The translations under genes and the position numbers were made by a program. The notes below the pieces were generated by a model that saw only the letters and a program-made list of their open reading frames with translations, did not search any database and was not told where the DNA came from. A DNA stretch of 37,084 bases from a virus. Within the stretch, counting starts at the first letter, position 1; every line of letters begins with the position of its first letter. This document shows, in pieces, positions 30,939-37,084 of this stretch. The stretch spans positions 1 to 37,084 of IMG/VR virus record IMGVR_UViG_3300031616_000017; one strand, 5' to 3'.

Positions 30939-31237
30939 ACACCGCCTATAAATCTTAGACAGCACAGGCCGCAAAGCCTTGATTCATGCGGGTTTGAATA
31001 ACTCGCGATTATTGCTCAAAAAAACGCAGCAAATATAGTAAGGCTTTGAACTGTTGAGAGAAAGCTAAACTTTTGTCTAACGCAGAGCAGTAATTTTCTG
31101 GAAATCACGCCCAGTATTGGCGCGGGTTGTGGCGGTATGCTTAGACGCCGAAACGGCCGGCAATCGCCACCAGAACCGCCGCCAGCTGGGCGACGTGGCG
31201 ATCATGCCGAGGTGGCGCAGATTCGCCGGTGCGGCCA
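30939..31237. other. attP region (AT-rich, non-coding) with four TTAGAC arm-type repeats
   Basis: CTTAGAC occurs at 30935-41, 30953-59 and 31140-46, and inverted GTCTAA at 31074-79. It is the only long non-coding AT-rich stretch and lies next to int. Confidence 0.5.
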
Positions 31238-31756
31238 TCACGGGGCAACGGCCGGGGCTTGCGCAAGCAATTCCGTTTTTCGCTCGCTCGATCGGTTGCT
31301 GCCGAAATAGTAGGCCATCACTTGTTCGGCTTTGGCCGACAGGTAGCCCACCAGAGTGCCGGCCAGGGCGCTGTCCACATGAGCGTAGCCGAGTAGTGTG
31401 CCGCCCACCAGGGCGAGAAAGGCGAAAACCACCAGATAGGCGAGATTGCGCGGGGTGCCGTCCTTAACCTCGCCCTCGCGTCGGCGAGCTGAATCACGGT
31501 CGCTGGCATAAAGCTGCTCCTCGGTGATGTCGAGCTCCCGAATGCGGGTTTGCAACGCGAGCTCGGCCTGCTTGATCTGTGCGATCTGGTCGCCTGTGAG
31601 TTGCCCCTGGGTGAGCGCGTCCTGTACTTTCTTCACGGTCGGCTGATCCATGCCGAGGGCTTTCCCGAGGCTTTCGACGGCAAGGCCCGCCAGCGGCCCG
31701 CCGAGGGCCGTGGCGATGGTCGGCGCGATGCCGCTGATGATGGTTTTCCAGTCCAT
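31238..31756 (-). CDS. Holin-like protein, GTA_holin_3TM family
   Basis: Starts MDWKTIISGIAPTIATALGGPLAGLAVESLGKALG with SD AAGGA. C-terminal TM segments are present. Confidence 0.65.
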   Translation of the reverse strand: MDWKTIISGIAPTIATALGGPLAGLAVESLGKALGMDQPTVKKVQDALTQGQLTGDQIAQIKQAELALQTRIRELDITEEQLYASDRDSARRREGEVKDGTPRNLAYLVVFAFLALVGGTLLGYAHVDSALAGTLVGYLSAKAEQVMAYYFGSNRSSERKTELLAQAPAVAP

Positions 31757-31764
31757 GGCGATCC

Positions 31765-32181
31765 TTATGGTAAAAAAACACGCCGGCCGGATTTCGGCGA
31801 GACGCACTGCCAGTGGCTCCAGTGCAGCGTCGCGCTGGGGTGTTCGATCCAGATCCCGCAGCGCTCCAGCTCGTGCTGATTGCTCATGCACCAGGCGTCG
31901 ATTTCGCCGGCCGGGTCGTAGCGATCGACGGCCAGCCCTTCCTTGTGGTTTGAATGGGGCGCGCCAATCGGGCAGGACTGCGGCCGAAATCCGCCGAAGG
32001 TCTGCCCGCTGATGCCAGATCCGGTGGCCGGGTTGTCGCGAAAGACGATACCCGCTTCGCGCATGATCTTTTCCAGCGCCCAGGTGGCCGGCAGCAGCAA
32101 CGCATGCGCGTTGGCGCGGCGCTCGTCGGTCCAGTCTGGTGAATTAGCCCAGGGGCCGACATACTCGTCGAGCGTGATCAT
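31765..32181 (-). CDS. Endolysin, peptidase M15 (VanY / L-Ala-D-Glu peptidase-like)
   Basis: The metal motif is HSNHKEGLAVD followed by HWSH. ATGA-coupled start at 32181. Confidence 0.75.
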   Translation of the reverse strand: MITLDEYVGPWANSPDWTDERRANAHALLLPATWALEKIMREAGIVFRDNPATGSGISGQTFGGFRPQSCPIGAPHSNHKEGLAVDRYDPAGEIDAWCMSNQHELERCGIWIEHPSATLHWSHWQCVSPKSGRRVFLP

Positions 32182-32441
32182 TGGATTTCCTTTTTGATCG
32201 AGCCGATCTTGCTGTAATAGGTGGTGCGCTCGGCGCCACGGAAGAAGAGCGGCGGGATCCAGCGCGGCCTTGGCGTGACCGGGACGTATTCCTTGCGCAC
32301 CAGCGTGCCGTCCCGCAGTTCGATGAAAACCGAGAAGTGCGGGAACCAGCCCCAGTGCGACTTGCGCACCACGAGATGGTCGGAGCACCGACCGTAGCGC
32401 CACATGCGCAGCGCGTAGGTCAGGCAGTTGTCGAGTTTCAC
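32178..32441 (-). CDS. Hypothetical protein in the lysis cassette (87 aa)
   Basis: Coupled on both sides. No TM segment or lipobox was seen. Confidence 0.5.
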   Translation of the reverse strand: MKLDNCLTYALRMWRYGRCSDHLVVRKSHWGWFPHFSVFIELRDGTLVRKEYVPVTPRPRWIPPLFFRGAERTTYYSKIGSIKKEIQ

Positions 32442-32758
32442 TTTTCCGCCTCACGAGAAAACCGGGACTCTGCCCAGGTTTCCATGTGATAGATCGCCCG
32501 GCTGCCCATGTGGCCGGAAATACCGACCAGCGCGGCGGTGATCAGGCCGCTGATCGCCGCTGATTCGCAGAGCAGGAAGGTCAGGATGCCGGCGAAGGCG
32601 CTGGTTACGATCTCGCCGACCAGCTCGGAGAAATTCCACGGCCGCGACTCGCCCGACTTCCGCTTGCGCAGAAAATTGACGATACCGCCCCAGCCGGAGA
32701 GGACGAGCACCCATCCGTAGGTGATCAGGCTGTAGGTTGTCGGGTCTTTTTCGGGCAT
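32438..32758 (-). CDS. Holin (multi-TM)
   Basis: Starts MPEKDPTTYS with SD GAGAGGAAAAA. The TM segments are LITYGWVLVLSGWGGIV, IVTSAFAGILTFLL and LITAALVGISGHMG. Confidence 0.65.
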   Translation of the reverse strand: MPEKDPTTYSLITYGWVLVLSGWGGIVNFLRKRKSGESRPWNFSELVGEIVTSAFAGILTFLLCESAAISGLITAALVGISGHMGSRAIYHMETWAESRFSREAEK

Positions 32759-32771
32759 TATTTTTCCTCTC

Positions 32772-33419
32772 TCAAACGTCAGCGGTAACACGCACGACGT
32801 TGGTGCCGTCGGCGTAAAGGATGGCGCGCTTTCCGGCCGCCACGACGATGCCGGTGCCGGTGGCGCCGATGAACTGCAGGCCGAATCCTCCCGTGGTGTT
32901 GTTGAACACCGTCCATTGCTGCGTCGGCAGCGGCACGACGATGTTGCGTTGCGCGGTCAGCGTGCCGGTGAATTGCAGGATATTGTTACGGGCCTCGGCA
33001 GCGGTCAGCGTGGTATTGGCATCGGTCATTGCCTTGGCGAGCAGGCCGGTGATCTGCGGGGCCTGCAGGCGATAGTCGGTGTAGCTGGTGATCGTGCTCG
33101 CGCCGGCGACGATCTGATAGAGCGGGATGCTGCCGGCGGTGAAGCCAGTGGTGTTTTTGCTCACCACGCCGGCGCGGGTTGTCTCGACGTAGTTGGTCAG
33201 AGACGCGGTCAGCGCCAGCGTACCGTTGGCGATTTGCGTGAGAACGCCGTCGACGCTGATCGTGCCGCCGTAGTAGCCCCAGGTCAGACCGGAGGTGGTC
33301 GATTGCCGGCGGCCGAAGGTAGTCGCCGGGCTGGCGGCGTCGAAGAAGGCGTTGGCGGTGACTTCTTTCCCAGCCTGCGCCTGGGTAATCGCGTCAAAAG
33401 TGGCGGTCGAGTTACTCAT
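32772..33419 (-). CDS. Tail fibre / receptor-binding candidate (DUF2793-like N-terminus)
   Basis: Starts MSNSTATFDAITQAQAGKEVTANAFFD with SD GAGGT. It lies directly after the J-like gene. Gly/Thr-rich. Confidence 0.45.
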   Translation of the reverse strand: MSNSTATFDAITQAQAGKEVTANAFFDAASPATTFGRRQSTTSGLTWGYYGGTISVDGVLTQIANGTLALTASLTNYVETTRAGVVSKNTTGFTAGSIPLYQIVAGASTITSYTDYRLQAPQITGLLAKAMTDANTTLTAAEARNNILQFTGTLTAQRNIVVPLPTQQWTVFNNTTGGFGLQFIGATGTGIVVAAGKRAILYADGTNVVRVTADV

Positions 33420-33421
33420 GA

Positions 33422-36400
33422 TTACCTCGTGATGCTGGTAGTTAGCGGGTAGCCCCGGCCGACGTTGGCCGAAAGCTGATAGACCTTGACGTAGATCGTG
33501 GCCTGGTTGCTGCCGAAATCGGTGACCTGCTGCGCGCTGGTGTAGGCTGCAGTAGGTGTGGAAAGTCCGGTGAGCGTGCGCTTGACGGTGGTATAGGCCG
33601 CGCTGCTGAAGATGTCGATTTCGTAGGACTGCGTCGTCTCGCCGAGCGTCGCGTCGACATAGTCGCGCCACGCCCCGCCGACGCGCGTACGGCGCAGCCA
33701 GTCGAGCGACCAGTCGTTGCTCGTCGGGTGGCGGTTGCCGTTGAGATAGCACGGCGACAGGCACTCCAGATTGACGCCGGTGTAGGCAAAATCATTGTCG
33801 GCGGCAGAATCCAGCGCCTTGCCCGAGGTGATGCCGCGATAGGTGCGCAGCAGCCCGATACTGTTCAGGCTGGACCCGACGAAGGCCAGCCGCGTTGAAT
33901 CGAGCAGAACGATCTTGTCGCCAGCGACATGCAGGCCACAGGCCCACTCGCTGCCCTGCCGGCCGCGCAGCAGATCGGTCAGGACATAGCTGCCATCGCC
34001 CTGCAGCGTGCAGTTCTGTGCGGCGATGATCTCCCAGCGGCCGTCGATACCATAGGCGAAGTGGTTGGCGCCGCCGAGCATGGCGAGTTCGGTGACGCTT
34101 GACAACGTGCCGCTGGTCAGCACCACAGCCAGTGCGCTGGCCTTATCGATCAGGTCGGTACGCCCGGCGCCGACGCTGTTGCTGGCATAGCCGATCACGG
34201 CACCGGGCGCAGAGAAGCCCTGCAGATCGGTCCAGGTCTGCCCTTCGTCGTCGGTTCGGTAGAGCACGCCGCCCGGCCAGCCGGCCAGGTAACCGGTCAT
34301 CGCTACTGGGAAGCCCGGCAGATCGGTAGCGTCGAGCAGCAGCGGGATGTCGAGCAGCTCGTAACGCGTGGCGCCGGCCAGCGTCAGCGTTCCGCCGGTC
34401 GATTGCCCTTCCTCGCCGAGCGCGGCCGGGGCGTAGATCGCGGCGCTGTTGTATTTGGCCGTGCATTCCAGCCGGCCGTCCTGCGTGTAGGTGATGGCGG
34501 TCAGGCGCAGGGAATAGACCGCCTCCGTCGCGTTGATCGTGATGACATCGGCCGGCTCCAGCTGGTTGTAGGTCGGCGGCAAGCGGAAGGTGAGGTCATA
34601 GCGCTCCAGCCAGTAGAGGTACAACAGCATTTCGGCGGTGGCTGCCGATTCGCCGCCGATCATCACGATGGCCATATCGATGCTTCGGATATTCACGGCA
34701 TCTGTGTTCAAGCGTTCGGCGTACTGCTCGCCGGTATCGTATTCCCGGCTGGCATCGAGGTACTTGATGCTGACGCGGGCCGGCAGAACGCTATCCATTT
34801 CGCGGGTGTTGGTGATGCTGACGCCGGATTTTTCACCAGCGCCGCGGGCGTCGAGATCGATCGCCGGGATCGTTGCCACGCTGCTTCCACCACGCAGGCG
34901 GAAGACGATCTGATAGCCAGACTGCACGGCATCGAATGGCCAGGCGCCCTGCAGTGGCTCCAGCGCCGAGCGGATCGCTGCAACGCTGGCGACGCGGTAG
35001 CCGCGGACGGTTTGTGTGAGCGCGCTGGTATTGATATCGCCGACATCCAGCAGATTGCTGGCGAGAAGCTCGGCCTGGACAATGCTCGATAACGAGGTTG
35101 TCCCCGATGCCAAAAGGTCGAATTTTACGTTTCCGACCCGGCTGGTATAGGCGAAGTTGAACCAAGCGCCGTTGTAGCGAACGACGCCCATGACTGTCGA
35201 TAATGCCGTCCATGTATTCCCATCATCACGGGAATATTTCGACCTCACTCCGTTCGCGACGACCCATATGCCATCGCCAAAGGCGAGCGATGAGTTGCTT
35301 CCGCCGGTACTGCTGTTGGTTTGAAGATTCCAGGTCACCCCATCGTCGATTGATGTTGCTATTTGACCCGTCTGCCCAAGCGCCATGAAAATGCCGTTAC
35401 CATAGGCGACATCCTGCCACCCAGGAACTGATGGCGGCATGGAAATCGTGGCCCACAGAGCCCCATCATTCGAGGTCGAACAAACCGTACCATTAAATGC
35501 CACGGTGCACACGGTGGTGCCTGACCACGCCAGCCCAAGCCATTGATATAGGGCGATTGCGGAACTATAGGTAAGCCATGAAATTCCATCGAATGACGTG
35601 AACGTCGAAGTGACGCTCATCCCGGTCGCTACAAAAATAGACCCTGTCCAGACAATTGCCGAGCGCGATGGGAATGGAAGGTCAGCGCCCATAAACCAGG
35701 CAACACCGTCGAAGGAGTAGGCTGTTTTTGTCACCCCGCCAGAGTTACCGGTGGCGATGAACTTATCCTTCCCCCAAATAATCCTGTTCCAGCTAAATGC
35801 CGGCATCTGGATATTGACGAAAGACGCGCCGCCGTCGTTTGAGAGGTGTCCAATTCCTGCGGCGGCATTGTAGCCGAGGGAGACGACGATCTGCCCGTTA
35901 CTGGCAATAAAGTAATCCGGGTCTTGACTTGCTACGGTAACGGTCGTCACCGATATCGACGACGAACCGGCTACGACAACCTCGACCTTGATCGGCGCAC
36001 CAGCCAGGCTGTTGCCATGATCGGCGAGCGGGTAATCCTTGAGCACCAGATAGGCCAGTCCGCGATAGGCTGGCGTGTTGGCGACGCCGAGCGTGGCCTG
36101 CATGCGATCATCCGGCAGCTGCGTATCGCTGCCCTGGTGCAGTGTGAAAAGACCGGAGACAGCATTGCTGGCCGCGATCGTGGCGTAATCAGAACCGCCA
36201 GCGTCATAGATCAGTTTCGACCCGACCCAGATCCGCCGCACGCCGACGATCGGCCCTTCGCACAGGCCGACGGCGAAGGTGGCGAAATAGGAATAGGTTG
36301 TCGTCGTGCTGGTCGGGCCGCCCTTGCCGCCCTGCGACTCGGTGCGCGCGACTTCCTTCAGGGCGTTGTTTTCGAGCCAGAAGACGTTGCCGTAGAGCGC

Positions 36401-36622
36401 GACAGTGCCGTAGACGCGCGGGATGACGGCGCCATAGGTGCTGGTCTGGACGGAGAGGTCGGAGAGGCGCGGCCCCTCCATGTGCGGGCCTTTTGGGGGG
36501 TCGAGCAGGCCGCCGACGCCCATTCCAATCTGGGCGCCATAGAGCGCGCCAGACGGGCCGCCAATGAAGAAGCCGGCGACGGCACCAACAACGCCACCGA
36601 CAGCCTGACCGACGCTACTCAT
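33422..36622 (-). CDS. Host-specificity (J-like / RcGTA g15-like) tail tip protein with an inserted Asp-box (BNR) beta-propeller region
   Basis: Starts MSSVGQAVGG (ATG 36622), ATGA-coupled to the NlpC/P60 gene. The N-terminus is ...PRLSDLSVQTSTYGAVIPRVYG. Internal repeats follow the SxDxGxxW pattern. Confidence 0.85.
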   Translation of the reverse strand: MSSVGQAVGGVVGAVAGFFIGGPSGALYGAQIGMGVGGLLDPPKGPHMEGPRLSDLSVQTSTYGAVIPRVYGTVALYGNVFWLENNALKEVARTESQGGKGGPTSTTTTYSYFATFAVGLCEGPIVGVRRIWVGSKLIYDAGGSDYATIAASNAVSGLFTLHQGSDTQLPDDRMQATLGVANTPAYRGLAYLVLKDYPLADHGNSLAGAPIKVEVVVAGSSSISVTTVTVASQDPDYFIASNGQIVVSLGYNAAAGIGHLSNDGGASFVNIQMPAFSWNRIIWGKDKFIATGNSGGVTKTAYSFDGVAWFMGADLPFPSRSAIVWTGSIFVATGMSVTSTFTSFDGISWLTYSSAIALYQWLGLAWSGTTVCTVAFNGTVCSTSNDGALWATISMPPSVPGWQDVAYGNGIFMALGQTGQIATSIDDGVTWNLQTNSSTGGSNSSLAFGDGIWVVANGVRSKYSRDDGNTWTALSTVMGVVRYNGAWFNFAYTSRVGNVKFDLLASGTTSLSSIVQAELLASNLLDVGDINTSALTQTVRGYRVASVAAIRSALEPLQGAWPFDAVQSGYQIVFRLRGGSSVATIPAIDLDARGAGEKSGVSITNTREMDSVLPARVSIKYLDASREYDTGEQYAERLNTDAVNIRSIDMAIVMIGGESAATAEMLLYLYWLERYDLTFRLPPTYNQLEPADVITINATEAVYSLRLTAITYTQDGRLECTAKYNSAAIYAPAALGEEGQSTGGTLTLAGATRYELLDIPLLLDATDLPGFPVAMTGYLAGWPGGVLYRTDDEGQTWTDLQGFSAPGAVIGYASNSVGAGRTDLIDKASALAVVLTSGTLSSVTELAMLGGANHFAYGIDGRWEIIAAQNCTLQGDGSYVLTDLLRGRQGSEWACGLHVAGDKIVLLDSTRLAFVGSSLNSIGLLRTYRGITSGKALDSAADNDFAYTGVNLECLSPCYLNGNRHPTSNDWSLDWLRRTRVGGAWRDYVDATLGETTQSYEIDIFSSAAYTTVKRTLTGLSTPTAAYTSAQQVTDFGSNQATIYVKVYQLSANVGRGYPLTTSITR

Positions 36623-37032
36623 ACCGTATCCTTGAAACGATACACGCGCACGATGCGCGCGGCCCACACATCGGCCATGCGGTGCTCGCAGACCTTGCCG
36701 ACCTGCGCGTAGCTGTGGATGAGGTTGGCGCCGGCATCGATGGCCAGGTGCTGCGGGTCGCCGGTGAAGCGCATCAGCAGCACGTCGCCGGGCTGGCGTT
36801 CGAGGATCGGCACGCCGTGCAGGCAGGGCTGCTCATCGAGGGCGGACTGCAGCAGGTTACCGGACGGGCTGCGTCCATAGCCGGCCACGTCGCGATAGTC
36901 GGCACCGATGGCCTGGGCGACGGCAACGATCAGACCGGCGCAGTCGAGCGCGCGGCCGGGAATGCGGCCCTGGTGCAGGAATGGCGTATCGAGGCAGGCA
37001 CGCGCGGCGGCGAGGATATCGTCAGCGCTCAT
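36619..37032 (-). CDS. NlpC/P60-family tail-associated cell-wall peptidase (RcGTA g14-like)
   Basis: Motifs GRALDCAGLI (catalytic Cys context) and ...GDVLLMRF...QHLAI. 137 aa. Its start lies inside the terminal overlap. Confidence 0.8.
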   Translation of the reverse strand: MSADDILAAARACLDTPFLHQGRIPGRALDCAGLIVAVAQAIGADYRDVAGYGRSPSGNLLQSALDEQPCLHGVPILERQPGDVLLMRFTGDPQHLAIDAGANLIHSYAQVGKVCEHRMADVWAARIVRVYRFKDTV

Positions 37033-37084
37033 TGCGTACCTACCTGCGCATATTGCGAGCTGGTCGGCACATACGAAAAGCCAC
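36958..37084. repeat. Terminal overlap, identical to 1-127
   Basis: Direct comparison. Confidence 0.95.

Noticed and set aside
31074-31146. GTCTAACGC ... CTTAGAC as a possible sixth attC near attP.
   Set aside because: The left box matches the xCTAACGC consensus. However, the intervening 59 bp show no bulged-stem complementarity, and the right box is CTTAG rather than GTTAG. It is better explained as inverted Int arm-type sites.
30939-31237. A tRNA gene or tRNA 3' fragment as the attP core.
   Set aside because: Only a weak GGGTTTGAAT resemblance to a T-arm was seen. No cloverleaf could be drawn by eye.

Overview
The window is a complete, circularly closed genome of a GC-rich temperate siphovirus-like phage or excised prophage. 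Positions 1-127 are identical to 36958-37084, so the unit length is 36,957 bp. Overlong alternative-frame ORFs in the six-frame track are GC artefacts; real starts were reassigned by reading SD/ATG contexts and ATGA/TGATG coupling.

Minus strand, one long transcription direction from about 19953 down through 1 and wrapping to 31238:
- cro-like repressor, RHH protein, TraR/DksA zinc finger and Toprim/SF3 primase-helicase.
- A 285-bp iteron array that is an ori or cosB candidate.
- Nu1-like TerS, an internally deleted ParB-methyltransferase remnant and GpA-like TerL.
- A Mor-family activator, a gpW-like protein and a lambda-type portal.
- A LamG-like plus polysaccharide-lyase-like moron pair with its own terminator.
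- A prohead-protease/HK97-capsid single ORF, head-tail proteins and the tail tube.
- G/GT chaperone with a GGGAAAG -1 frameshift site, then the tape measure.
- A GTA-like tail tip (DUF2460, DUF2163/BR0599, NlpC/P60, J-like), a fibre and the lysis cassette.

Plus strand:
- An S24 CI-type repressor plus a membrane zinc-ribbon protein, followed by a terminator.
- A CI-operator-controlled promoter at 21080 driving many small coupled genes, two DUF1566 paralogs and an HNH endonuclease.
- A complete integron, then a DUF4224 xis-like gene, a lambda-type integrase and attP.

The standout is the integron at 25644-29792. It has five attC-like bulged hairpins bounding cassettes, a candidate attI and an intact IntI-type integrase. 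Its cassette ORFs (Lar, a PCQ-motif methyltransferase-fold protein, a PAPS-reductase-like protein and small Cys-rich proteins) run antisense to the canonical cassette polarity. They are co-oriented with the phage early-left transcript.
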